NCBI GenBank assembly: GCA_040398005.1
Contig: JBBAUX010000001.1
Location: 245,275-309,274, forward strand
From: Opitutales bacterium
GTDB lineage: Bacteria; Verrucomicrobiota; Verrucomicrobiia; Opitutales; UBA953
Direction: 5' to 3'
DNA: 64,000 bases
In this document: one piece after another, positions 10,176 through 19,420 of the stretch
Layout of the letters: every line of letters begins with the position of its first letter
Position numbering within the stretch: position 1 is the stretch's first letter
Translations under genes and position numbers: made by a program
The notes under the pieces: generated by a model
The model's database searches: none
What the model was told of the DNA's origin: nothing
Seen by the model: only the letters and a program-made list of their open reading frames with translations

Positions 10176-11038
10176 ACAACTCACGGATCATGGCTGGTGC
10201 TCGACGGGGCTTCACCCTCATTGAGCTTTTGGTGGTTATCACCATTATCTTAGTTATCTCCGCGATGTTTTTAGGTATTTCCACCGGTGATGGTGGAGGG
10301 CTCAAGGGTGGTCAGCGAATCATCGCATCGACCATTCGTTCCGTGCGTGCGATGGCCTTGATGAATCGTGGCGCTTACAGCTCTGGCATCACCTACAATG
10401 GCCGCTATCGTTTGCTCATTTTAAATGACCCGACCGATCCCGTAAATCACCTCCACCAATTTGTGGTCGCCGTGGGTTGCGTGGACTCCTCGAAAGTTTC
10501 AGCGGGTGTGGATCCCTCATCAATCTCCGATACTACCAACAGTGCCTACGTTTGGTTTGCACCAGAGCAGCCAACCAGCCTCCCCAATGGAGTTTACTTT
10601 ATTCCGCCCAAAGGTTCGGCCACCACCATTAATGCTCCCGTTGATGATAGCGGTGCTAGGTTAGCTTTAACCGCTAACCAATTCAGCGTCATTGGTCCGA
10701 TTGCTGCGGATACGGCTACGGCATCGTCCGGCGTTTTGGATACGACGACGAGTCCGCCCAAGATGTTATTTACTCCTGTTAACCAGCCTCAGGCGCTCAA
10801 TGCAGGTGGCAAGAGTTGGTATTACATTGAATTACAAAGCAGTGGGGCATCCAATCACCTCGGGAAAGTAGTACTCATTTTAGCCAATGCTACTTTACGT
10901 ATTGGTAGTGATGGCAAAACCGCCGAACTCGATATTCTAAATAACAACCAATTCGCTATCATTGCTGTCCGTCCGAATGGCGATGTCGTCATCTCTAACG
11001 ACTCGGATGACATCGCCACCACCAAAGAACTTAAATAA
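10172..11038 (+). CDS. Minor pilin-like protein (GspH/FimT or Verru_Chthon D-like)
   Basis: RRG|FTLIELLVVITII; GTGA overlap with the upstream gene. Confidence 0.8.
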   Translation: MNNSRIMAGARRGFTLIELLVVITIILVISAMFLGISTGDGGGLKGGQRIIASTIRSVRAMALMNRGAYSSGITYNGRYRLLILNDPTDPVNHLHQFVVAVGCVDSSKVSAGVDPSSISDTTNSAYVWFAPEQPTSLPNGVYFIPPKGSATTINAPVDDSGARLALTANQFSVIGPIAADTATASSGVLDTTTSPPKMLFTPVNQPQALNAGGKSWYYIELQSSGASNHLGKVVLILANATLRIGSDGKTAELDILNNNQFAIIAVRPNGDVVISNDSDDIATTKELK

Positions 11039-11850
11039 TGAAATTCTCTTCAACTCCTAGCACGGCCCGTCGCGGATTCTCACTCGTAGAGGTGACGCTC
11101 GCGATTGGTATCGTGGGTATGGCAATTTTATCCTTGGTTGGTATTCTGGGTTCTACCTTCCAGCAAGTGGACGATATCATGCAGACCAACCGTGCACTCT
11201 CTGGTGTGACTCGTCTGATTGGAGCGCTCGATAATCCTCGCTCGATTGTATATCTCGATTCTGGAGCTGCGACTAGTTCAGCCAATACTGTATACGTTCA
11301 TCAATCGGCTACCTATAAGGCTTTACTAGATCCCAGTCCCACGACATCACCCGCGACGAATTTCGACATCGCCTATCGCCTCCTTAAGGCCGCCGACACT
11401 TCTGCTAATGGTGTTTGGCTTTATGTTTATGAGCGTAAGGTTTTACCGACATCGAGCGAGGTAACTGTCGCTGGTGACGTTGTTACTTACAATGTGACTT
11501 CCAATCCATCCGTCATGGAGGTTGCCATCTGCGAGAACGCTTCCTTCCCGCCCACTTTTACCAGCACTCGAAATGTCGTCGGCACTCCCATGCGCGTTCG
11601 ACTCTCGATCTCGAAATTACTCATCGGGCAGCGCTGTGCCATCGATGCCGGTACGCTTGAGCCATTGAGCACCCCATGGACGGGCACGGGCGCATTACCT
11701 GATTCCAACCTCTACGCTTTAGCTTATTTACCGGTGGTTGCCGAATTTTTCCCCCACGACTATTCCGAAAAAACTAATTCAAGTAAGACAGGTTTTTCCG
11801 AGCGTGAAGAAACTCCAGTACTCATTCAAAATATTATTATTAGTCGATGA
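11038..11850 (+). CDS. Minor pilin-like protein (GspI/PilV or Verru_Chthon B-like)
   Basis: RRG|FSLVEVTLAIGIVG; TAATG overlap. Confidence 0.8.
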   Translation: MKFSSTPSTARRGFSLVEVTLAIGIVGMAILSLVGILGSTFQQVDDIMQTNRALSGVTRLIGALDNPRSIVYLDSGAATSSANTVYVHQSATYKALLDPSPTTSPATNFDIAYRLLKAADTSANGVWLYVYERKVLPTSSEVTVAGDVVTYNVTSNPSVMEVAICENASFPPTFTSTRNVVGTPMRVRLSISKLLIGQRCAIDAGTLEPLSTPWTGTGALPDSNLYALAYLPVVAEFFPHDYSEKTNSSKTGFSEREETPVLIQNIIISR

Positions 11851-13142
11851 AGTCTGTAACCTCCAACATCGCACGTCGCGGCTTTACCTTAATCGAGGTC
11901 ATGGTTTCGACGGCTATCATGATCGTGATTGTTCTGGCGGTGGTCACCATTGCGTCGGACACTTTCAAGGCGTACGATCGCGCGGTTGCTGATTTAACCA
12001 CGCAGTCTGAAGCACGTGGCGTGCTTGATGCGATGGAAGGCGATTTTCAAAGTGCGATGATTCGTCCCGATGGTCGTTGCTGGATGGAGGTGATTATACC
12101 TGGAAATGCTCGTGCACCCACTGGCGCGACAACCAAAGCTACAATCGGTGATATCCAATCAGTAGACCAGCCAATCATTATGCTGTTTGCGTCTCCGCCT
12201 GACCGTCCGCGCTGGGCACCTTCAACCACATCACCCCGCGTTGCCTTGAAGGGCGATGTCTGTGCGATTGCTTACCGTATTGGTCAATCTTCACCCTTCG
12301 ATGCTCCTGGAGATCCTATCCAACAGGTCTACGGCGTCTACCGTACTATCATCGACCCAGAGAATACTTTTAAGGAAGCGATTCCGCAGATTATGACTTC
12401 CACAGCGGCTGTTCCAGTATCACCCTGGGATTACTGGAGTGGCGTACGCTCTTTTGCTAATTACAGTGACATTAAATCAGATAAGAGAGTCTTAATTGAT
12501 TTTCTCCAAAATGCAGCAACCCCTTGTTGGACATTGGACCAATCTAATTTCATCGCTTCAAACGTCGTCGCGATGAATTTCACTTTCTGGTGCACCTCAT
12601 CTCTGCCCGATACCTCAACCGTGGCGGGCGCACGTGTTGACCCGCTCAAACGTCCCGCTCAGATGCTCCGACCAGTCCTCGCTGAGTCTACCGATACGGC
12701 TTACAAATTTTCTGCGTCAGGCTATCCAGCTTCCTACAGTGCAAATACTAATGTCGGTGCTGATTCCAATGCGGCACCGTTACGTTGGACCGATAATAAA
12801 GGCGTCGGTGGTGCGAAGACGCCTCATCCATTTGATTCCTTTGTGGGTCGTCTAAGAGTTTACTCCGATCGCATTTATCCAGATGGTCTAGATTCCAAAA
12901 CTACGCCCACGGACAGGGCTCTACCTTATTTGCCATACACCTTAAAAGCGATTGAGGTTTCGATCACTGTATTAACTCCCGAAGGTTCGAAAGAATTACG
13001 CGCCTTACAGAAATTAGACGGCAAAGCGCAAAGCACACAGGGTGTCATATTAAATACCAACGCTTCTTACCGACGGATTGTTAATCAGTACGGACGAAAC
13101 TACACCCGCTATATTCGATTGCTCGGAAACGGCGGTGGCTAA
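11847..13142 (+). CDS. Minor pilin-like protein (GspJ/PilW or Verru_Chthon C-like)
   Basis: RRG|FTLIEVMVSTAIM, EARGVLDAMEGDF, GDVCAIAY; ATGA overlap. Confidence 0.8.
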   Translation: MKSVTSNIARRGFTLIEVMVSTAIMIVIVLAVVTIASDTFKAYDRAVADLTTQSEARGVLDAMEGDFQSAMIRPDGRCWMEVIIPGNARAPTGATTKATIGDIQSVDQPIIMLFASPPDRPRWAPSTTSPRVALKGDVCAIAYRIGQSSPFDAPGDPIQQVYGVYRTIIDPENTFKEAIPQIMTSTAAVPVSPWDYWSGVRSFANYSDIKSDKRVLIDFLQNAATPCWTLDQSNFIASNVVAMNFTFWCTSSLPDTSTVAGARVDPLKRPAQMLRPVLAESTDTAYKFSASGYPASYSANTNVGADSNAAPLRWTDNKGVGGAKTPHPFDSFVGRLRVYSDRIYPDGLDSKTTPTDRALPYLPYTLKAIEVSITVLTPEGSKELRALQKLDGKAQSTQGVILNTNASYRRIVNQYGRNYTRYIRLLGNGGG

Positions 13143-13145
13143 AAC

Positions 13146-13177
13146 AAAAAAGGCGTCTGTGAAAAGACGCCTTTTTT
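13146..13177. terminator. Bidirectional intrinsic terminator (pilin cassette / accA)
   Basis: AAAAAAGGCGTCT-loop-AGACGCCTTTTTT. Confidence 0.9.
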
Positions 13178-13199
13178 ATGAAGTAATATTTTAAATACC

Positions 13200-14168
13200 T
13201 TATTCCGAGTAGACGCCCATTTTGCGGAACTTCGCGTAACGTTCGGCGACGAGTTTTTCGCCCGAGAGTTTACCGAGTTGTTTAAGCGTCTCGCGCAAGG
13301 TCTTACGAATGTTTGAGCTGGTTGCAGCGGGGTCTTCTTGCGCGCCACCGAGAGGCTCTTTGATGACGCCATCGACGACTCCAAGTTTAACGAGATTAGG
13401 GGCATCTAAACGCAGTGCTTCCGCTGCCTTCGGAGCATGAGCTCGATCCTTAAAGAGAATCGCCGCACAGCCTTCAGGAGAAATCACCGAGTAGTAGGCA
13501 TTTTCTAAAATAAAGACGCGATTGGAAACTGCGATACCGAGGGCGCCGCCGGAACCACCTTCACCGATAACAAAAGTAACAATCGGAACTTGGAACTGAC
13601 TCATCTCACGTAGATTGACCGCAATGGCTTCGGCGACGTGACGTTCTTCCGATCCGATTCCGGGGAAGGCACCTGGAGTGTCGACCAAGGTAATAATCGG
13701 CAATTTGAAAGTGTGCGCCATTTTCATGAGACGCAGGGCTTTGCGATAACCTTCAGGATTAGGGCAACCAAAGTTGCGACGTAAATTTTCTTTGGTGTCG
13801 CGACCTTTTTGTTGTCCGATAATCATCACCGGCTGACCTTCAAAAAATGCGGTACCACCCACGATGGATTCGTCGTCCATGTAAAGACGGTCACCGTGGA
13901 GCTCTTGGAAGTCGTCGCACAACATATTGATGTAGTCGAGCGAGTAGGGGCGACGAGGGTGACGCGCTAATTGCACGCGCTGCCAAGGGTTGAGATTGCC
14001 GTAAATATCGCGACGGGTTTGTTCGAGCTTCGCCTCCAAGGAATTCACTTCCTTGGTGACGTTGATGCCCGCAGATTCAGATGAGGCACGGAGGGCAGCA
14101 ATTTTGTCCTCCAACTCACGGATGGGCTTTTCGAACTCTAAAGTGAAGCGTGGCTTCGTAACAGACAT
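13200..14168 (-). CDS. accA: Acetyl-CoA carboxylase carboxyltransferase alpha
   Basis: WQRVQLARHPRRP, ELHGDR, PEGYRKALR, GEGGSGGALG, YSVISPEGCA. Confidence 0.98.
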   Translation of the reverse strand: MSVTKPRFTLEFEKPIRELEDKIAALRASSESAGINVTKEVNSLEAKLEQTRRDIYGNLNPWQRVQLARHPRRPYSLDYINMLCDDFQELHGDRLYMDDESIVGGTAFFEGQPVMIIGQQKGRDTKENLRRNFGCPNPEGYRKALRLMKMAHTFKLPIITLVDTPGAFPGIGSEERHVAEAIAVNLREMSQFQVPIVTFVIGEGGSGGALGIAVSNRVFILENAYYSVISPEGCAAILFKDRAHAPKAAEALRLDAPNLVKLGVVDGVIKEPLGGAQEDPAATSSNIRKTLRETLKQLGKLSGEKLVAERYAKFRKMGVYSE

Positions 14169-14417
14169 GCCACCTTAATAGGACAGTTGGGGCCAGTAGA
14201 GCAAATGGAATAGGGAGCCCTAAGCCCCAAAATCTGTCAATTTAGCCCTATTTTATGAAGGTTTTGAATTATTTGGGATTTTGTTGGGGCCCAAGCAGGG
14301 ATTTCACTCTGTCGTATCGCATTCGCCGTGCGCATTTAAAGTCCTCCATCACTTCAAATAAACCATTCACGATTTGCCTGAAAACTTATTTGGGTTAGTT
14401 TAAATACTTCCATTTAC

Positions 14418-15584
14418 ATGTTTCCTCTCGATCAACGTAAAAACTGGTATTCAGGGCAAGGGCTGTGGGCGAATGTGCCAGCAAAAGATTGGAACGACTG
14501 GACTTGGCAGTTGCGAAATCGAATCACGACTTTGGCGCAGCTCGAGCAGTGGATGAAGTTGACCCCTGACGAAAAAGAAGGATGTCTTTTTGCCGCCCAT
14601 AAACTTTCGTTAGCGATTACTCCTTATTATTTTAATCTGATTGATACCAAGAATCCGGAATGTCCGATTCGTAAACAGGTCATTCCTAATATCAAAGAAT
14701 CCTATATCGCTCCGGGTGAGTCATCCGACCCCGTAGGCGAAGAGGGCACGATGCCCGTTCCAGGAATCGTTCACCGCTATCCGGACCGCGTTTTGTTTTT
14801 AGTGACTGATCGATGCGCTTCGTACTGTCGCTACTGCACGCGCAGTCGTTTAGTCTCGAACGCCCAGTCCTATGACTTCCATCCCGAGCTCGAACAAGGT
14901 TTGAAGTATATTGAAAGTCACCCCGAGATCCGCGATGTGCTGATTTCAGGGGGCGACCCCTTACTACTCTCGGACGCCAAAATTGATTCGCTGCTTGGTC
15001 GCCTCCGTGCGATTCCGCATGTCGAGTTTATCAGAATGGGTTCACGCATTCCGGTTTTTCTTCCGCAGAGAATTACGCCTGAATTAGCAGAAATTTTCCG
15101 TAAACACGGGCCCATCTGGATGAGCATCCACACCAATCATCCTAAAGAGGTCACCCAGGAACTCGCCGCGGCTTGTGAACGCCTATCTTTAGCGGGTGTG
15201 CCGTTAGGAAATCAGTCCGTTTTATTAGACGGTATCAACGACAGCGTTGAAGTCATGAAATCATTGGTTCACCGACTTCTCATGATTAGAGTGCGTCCTT
15301 ATTATTTATATGCCTGTGATTTGATTGAAGGGTCTACGCATTTTCGTGCGCCGATCCAAAAAGGAATCGAAATTATCCGTGGATTACGCGGACATACCAC
15401 TGGTTACAGTATTCCCCAGTTGGTCGTCGATGGGCCAGGCGGTGGTGGCAAAATCCCGCTCAATCCTGAATACGTCCAAGCCATACACGATGGCGTCTTA
15501 GAATTAAGAAATTTTGAAGATAGGACTTATATTTACCCGACTGGAAATAAGTTACCTGAGCCAACCCCTAAGTTACTCGACTAA
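14418..15584 (+). CDS. KamA-family radical SAM/PLP aminomutase (lysine 2,3-aminomutase-like)
   Basis: HRYPDRVL, CASYCRYC (CxxxCxxC), ISGGDPL, NQSVLL, GGGGK (PLP lysine). Confidence 0.92.
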   Translation: MFPLDQRKNWYSGQGLWANVPAKDWNDWTWQLRNRITTLAQLEQWMKLTPDEKEGCLFAAHKLSLAITPYYFNLIDTKNPECPIRKQVIPNIKESYIAPGESSDPVGEEGTMPVPGIVHRYPDRVLFLVTDRCASYCRYCTRSRLVSNAQSYDFHPELEQGLKYIESHPEIRDVLISGGDPLLLSDAKIDSLLGRLRAIPHVEFIRMGSRIPVFLPQRITPELAEIFRKHGPIWMSIHTNHPKEVTQELAAACERLSLAGVPLGNQSVLLDGINDSVEVMKSLVHRLLMIRVRPYYLYACDLIEGSTHFRAPIQKGIEIIRGLRGHTTGYSIPQLVVDGPGGGGKIPLNPEYVQAIHDGVLELRNFEDRTYIYPTGNKLPEPTPKLLD

Positions 15585-15588
15585 AGTA

Positions 15589-15717
15589 TTAGGGGTAGGA
15601 TTTTGGAGTATTTTTAGTATCCCATTCGTCACTTCCCAGACCATGTCGATCGCAGCTGACTAAGGTAAAGAACATTAAAGACCCTATGATAAGTGCTAAA
15701 ATTGTAAGCGGGCGCAT
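15589..15717 (-). CDS. Putative 42-aa lipoprotein, below the ORF-track cutoff: MRPLTILALIIGSLMFFTLVS|CDRHGLGSDEWDTKNTPKSYP
   Basis: Translated by hand; basic N-terminus, hydrophobic core, lipobox LVS-C; TATAAT about 21 nt upstream; fills the kamA-tRNA gap. Confidence 0.6.
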   Translation of the reverse strand: MRPLTILALIIGSLMFFTLVSCDRHGLGSDEWDTKNTPKSYP

Positions 15718-15775
15718 GCGGTGGCTACTTGTGGAATCATTATATAAAATAAGAAACAACTATAATAGCAAATAA

Positions 15776-15805
15776 TTCACCCTGAGAGGGTTTCTCGAGG
15801 GTGAA
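15776..15805 (-). terminator. Hairpin downstream of tRNA-Arg, probable terminator
   Basis: TTCACCCT-GAGA...TCTC-G-AGGGTGAA followed by an A/U-rich tail on the minus strand. Confidence 0.55.
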
Positions 15806-15813
15806 GTTTAAAG

Positions 15814-15888
15814 TGGTGGGCCCGTAGGGATTCGAACCCCAAACGTCTGATCCGTAGTCAGAAATGATATCCATTTCACCACGAGCCC
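15814..15888 (-). tRNA. tRNA-Arg(ACG)
   Basis: Reverse complement GGGCTCG...TCTGA-CTACGGA-TCAGA...GGTTCGAATCC...CGGGCCC-A-CCA. Confidence 0.96.
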
Positions 15889-15943
15889 AGTGAAGGGTTA
15901 AAAGAACTGACTACAGGGTCTAAGGCAAGGAATTTTTAAAAAA

Positions 15944-16633
15944 TCACTTTTTTGCCCTATGAAGTGCAACGGTACCGCACAAAAACAGTTCATAGCTCAC
16001 TTCGCTAAACCCGGCCTTTTTAAGTTCAACGACCAAGCCATCAGCATTAGGAAAATCGGCGATGCTGGATCCGAGGTAACGATACGCGCCAAAATCCCCC
16101 GTGAGTATGCCTGCCAAAATCGGTGAAATGATCCGTACGTGGATAAAATGTAACGGCCAAAAGAGTTTGGAGGGTTGAGAAAATTCTAAAATAAAAACGG
16201 AACCGTTATGCTGAGTGATGCGGGCAAGTTCTTTTAATCCCTGTTCGCGATGCTCAAAATTTCTTACCCCGTAAGCGATGGTCACAGCTTCACAGCTGGC
16301 ATCGGCGATAGGCAACTTCATGCAATCGCCGGTGAGGAATTCGACAGATTTTTTTTCATGGGCCGCGCGATGACGGGCAATGTCGAGCATCGGTTCACAA
16401 AAATCATATCCGGTAATCTTGGTGATAGAAGGGAGAGACTGACTCATGGCGATGGCCACGTCGCCGCTGCCCGTGGCGAGGTCGACGACTTCTCCAGGAT
16501 TGAGCTTGGCTACGCTGGCAATGAGTCGATTTCGCCAAAGCACACAGAGTCCAAAACTTAAGACGCGATTCGCCAAGTCATACCGCGAGGCAATGCCTGA
16601 AAACATTTGATTAACTACATTACCTTGAGCCAT
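15944..16633 (-). CDS. ubiE: UbiE/MenG quinone C-methyltransferase
   Basis: MFSGIASRYDLANRVLSFG, VDLATGSGD, AYGVRN, ILEFS; start moved to ATG 16633. Confidence 0.93.
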   Translation of the reverse strand: MAQGNVVNQMFSGIASRYDLANRVLSFGLCVLWRNRLIASVAKLNPGEVVDLATGSGDVAIAMSQSLPSITKITGYDFCEPMLDIARHRAAHEKKSVEFLTGDCMKLPIADASCEAVTIAYGVRNFEHREQGLKELARITQHNGSVFILEFSQPSKLFWPLHFIHVRIISPILAGILTGDFGAYRYLGSSIADFPNADGLVVELKKAGFSEVSYELFLCGTVALHRAKK

Positions 16634-16680
16634 GCCCAACGCTTCAATGAATCGGGTAGAAGGTCAAGTCATCCACCCAC

Positions 16681-17757
16681 TTAACGAAAAATCCCACCGC
16701 CCAATAAAACATGGTCGCGGTAAATCGCTACTACCTGTCCGGGGGCCAATCCTCTTTGGGTATCTTTGAATTTGAATGTCACGCTGCCATCCGCTTCGGG
16801 TATAAATTTAGCCCAGGTGGATGCGTCGCGATAACGCACGCGCACTTCAATATCTTGTTCCGTGGTTACGGGCTGATTGATCCAGCTGAAGTTGTAGGCC
16901 TTGGCTTCGTTGGTATATAAATCAGGCGTACCTGGTTTATCAAAAGCCACATGAAGCGTATTGGTTGTGAAATCTTTTTTGGTAACCACGAAGTATTCGT
17001 TGTCCGTATTCGAGGGCAGTCCGATTCCTTTGCGCTGACCGATGGTGTAGCGATGTAGGCCTCGATGTTGTCCAATGGTTTTGCCGTCGGCCCTGACAAT
17101 CGGTCCAGGTTGATCGGCGATGTGTTTTTCGAGAAAATCTTGAACGGGCACTTGTCCTAAGAAACAAATACCTTGGCTGTCTTTGCGCGTAGCATTGGGC
17201 AGTTGGGCTTCCTCGGCTAATTTTCGAATTTCTGATTTATTAAAATCTCCAATAGGGAAGAGCACTTGGGCTATTTGGCTTTGTTGGAGGAGGGCCAAAA
17301 AGTACGACTGATCTTTCTGGGGGTCGACTCCTTCAAGTAAATCAAACGTCCCGTCGGCATTAACCCGTCGACGCACATAATGTCCGGTCGCAATCGCATC
17401 ATAGCCTTCTTGCAGTGCGTGTTGGAGGAAAACTCCAAATTTCATTTCTCGATTACAAATAATATCGGGGTTCGGAGTGAGCCCGCGACGGTATCCGTCC
17501 ACCAAATATTGAACCACTTTGTCGCGATAGTCTTTTACGAGGTCGATAATCTTGAAGGGAATTTTAAGATGTTCGGCTACCGCTTGGGCGTTACGGACAT
17601 CATCCTCCCATGGACATTCACCAGGGAAGGGCAGGCCTTCTTCGTTCATCCATGTTCTGAAATAGGCACCATGCACCTCGTGGCCTTGCTGTTTGAGGAG
17701 CAAGGCTGCGACCGCGCTGTCAACGCCGCCGGAAAGGGCTACAAGGATTTTGGCCAT
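16681..17757 (-). CDS. mnmA: tRNA 2-thiouridylase
   Basis: SGGVDS, TPNPDIICN, ATGHY, KDQSYFL, DSQGICF, TIGQRKG, PGQ. Confidence 0.98.
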   Translation of the reverse strand: MAKILVALSGGVDSAVAALLLKQQGHEVHGAYFRTWMNEEGLPFPGECPWEDDVRNAQAVAEHLKIPFKIIDLVKDYRDKVVQYLVDGYRRGLTPNPDIICNREMKFGVFLQHALQEGYDAIATGHYVRRRVNADGTFDLLEGVDPQKDQSYFLALLQQSQIAQVLFPIGDFNKSEIRKLAEEAQLPNATRKDSQGICFLGQVPVQDFLEKHIADQPGPIVRADGKTIGQHRGLHRYTIGQRKGIGLPSNTDNEYFVVTKKDFTTNTLHVAFDKPGTPDLYTNEAKAYNFSWINQPVTTEQDIEVRVRYRDASTWAKFIPEADGSVTFKFKDTQRGLAPGQVVAIYRDHVLLGGGIFR

Positions 17758-17872
17758 CTTTTCATAAGTTAGATAAATTCTGCCCCGTGGGGCGAGAAAG
17801 GAAACTTAGTCATAGGCCCAATCGACGTGTTAGTCCCTTGCCAGCGGTCCCTTGATTGATTTTACTTCGCCC

Positions 17873-18457
17873 ATGCGTCTCGGACTAGCCTTCCTTCTGA
17901 TGAGTCTCACCCCCCTTTGGGCCCAATCCAACCTAGCGGCGGGCATGCAACAGGATATTGCCGACTTAAAAACGGAAGTAGAAAAACTCAAATTGGAAAA
18001 TCAGGACCTGCGCGAATCGATTTCCCGTCAGCGCGCTTCGGCCGCTCCCGCAAGTTCACCCAGCGAAGCGAATGCCAAACAGCGTAAAGAAGTTTTAGAC
18101 GAAGTGGATCGTCGTTTGAAAAGTCAGACGAAGGAAGTGAATGCGGCCTTGGCCGAACTCACCCGCCAAGTGAATGCGACTTTAGCAAAAAATAATTCAG
18201 CTCCAACCAAGACTAAATCGCCAGCTCCCGCAGCGACGGCGGAAACTCCTGCGGTGGTCGAAGAACCTGCTACGACCGAAATGCCACAAACGGGTGTGAC
18301 TTATAAAGTGGTGCGTGGTGATTCGGTGACACGCATTGCCAAGAAATTTAATTCCAAAACAGAGTGGATCTTACAGGCGAATAAATTACCCAACGCCGCT
18401 GCCTTGAAAGCCGACGTCGAAATTTTTGTTCCCCAAGCGGAAACTCCAGCTCAATAA
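17873..18457 (+). CDS. Secreted coiled-coil protein with a C-terminal LysM domain
   Basis: Signal peptide, coiled coil, Pro/Ala/Thr linker, YKVVRGDSVTRIAKKF...ILQAN; start moved to ATG 17873. Confidence 0.88.
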   Translation: MRLGLAFLLMSLTPLWAQSNLAAGMQQDIADLKTEVEKLKLENQDLRESISRQRASAAPASSPSEANAKQRKEVLDEVDRRLKSQTKEVNAALAELTRQVNATLAKNNSAPTKTKSPAPAATAETPAVVEEPATTEMPQTGVTYKVVRGDSVTRIAKKFNSKTEWILQANKLPNAAALKADVEIFVPQAETPAQ

Positions 18458-18463
18458 TTTTAC

Positions 18464-19360
18464 ATGGCAACTCCTCCCAAAAAATCGCTCGGTCGCGGAC
18501 TCGGTTCCCTCATTGGTGCCGGTATCACTAAGTCCTCCACCGAAGCCACCCCCGTCGTCGCCCCTACACCTTCAGCCCCTGGTTTAACTTTATTGGAAAT
18601 TTTACTTACTCAAATTATCCCTAACCCACGCCAGCCTCGTCGTGAATTCGATGAAGCCAGTGTGAAGGAATTAGCTGAATCTATTAGGTCCGAAGGTCTT
18701 TTACAGCCGGTCGTGGTCCGTAAAACCAAAGACGGCTTTGAATTAATCGCGGGTGAGCGTCGTTTCCGCGCTTTCAAGCTGCTCGGACAAAAGACTATTA
18801 CTGCCCGACTTCTCGAAGCGAGTGATGCGTCGAGTGCCGTTCTCGCTCTAGTCGAAAATTTACAACGCGCGGATTTAAATCCGATTGATGAAGCTCTCGG
18901 TATCGCCTCCTTGATGCGCGATTTTTCTCTGACTCAAGAGTCGGTAGCTGATCGACTCGGAAAACCTCGTGCGACCATTGCGAACTCGGTGCGTTTGCTC
19001 TCACTCGATCGTGAAATCCAAGGTTACTTATCCAAAGGTCAAATCTCCGCAGGTCATGCCAAGGTTTTACTCGCGATCGAGAATCTTGCTCACCGTATTC
19101 AGGCTACACGTAAAGTGGTGGAAGATGGTTTATCCGTCCGTGCCACCGAAGCGCTGGTTAAAACTTTTGTTACCGATAAAAAGAAGATTCATCGCGACAA
19201 AGAAAAAACGGTCGTCGAAGATGTCCAAAAGAAAATCGCTTCACACTTATCCGCTAAGGTGCAAGTCACCCGTAAGGGCAAAAAGGGAACCATTATTATT
19301 AGCTATGAAGGTGATGATGACTTAGCGCGCTTGCTCGAAAAATTCGGCATTCGACTCTAA
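18464..19360 (+). CDS. parB: Chromosome partition protein ParB/Spo0J
   Basis: LGRGLGSLI, PNPRQPR, GLLQPVVV, LIAGERRFRA, ENLQRADL, HTH. Confidence 0.96.
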   Translation: MATPPKKSLGRGLGSLIGAGITKSSTEATPVVAPTPSAPGLTLLEILLTQIIPNPRQPRREFDEASVKELAESIRSEGLLQPVVVRKTKDGFELIAGERRFRAFKLLGQKTITARLLEASDASSAVLALVENLQRADLNPIDEALGIASLMRDFSLTQESVADRLGKPRATIANSVRLLSLDREIQGYLSKGQISAGHAKVLLAIENLAHRIQATRKVVEDGLSVRATEALVKTFVTDKKKIHRDKEKTVVEDVQKKIASHLSAKVQVTRKGKKGTIIISYEGDDDLARLLEKFGIRL

Positions 19361-19373
19361 GTTCGAACCAACA

Positions 19374-19399
19374 AAAAAGCCCGTGAAGACGGGCTTTTT
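19374..19399. terminator. Bidirectional intrinsic terminator (parB / sucD)
   Basis: AAAAAGCCCGT-GAAG-ACGGGCTTTTT. Confidence 0.9.
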
Positions 19400-19420
19400 G
19401 TTTGATGGAGTTTAAATGAA

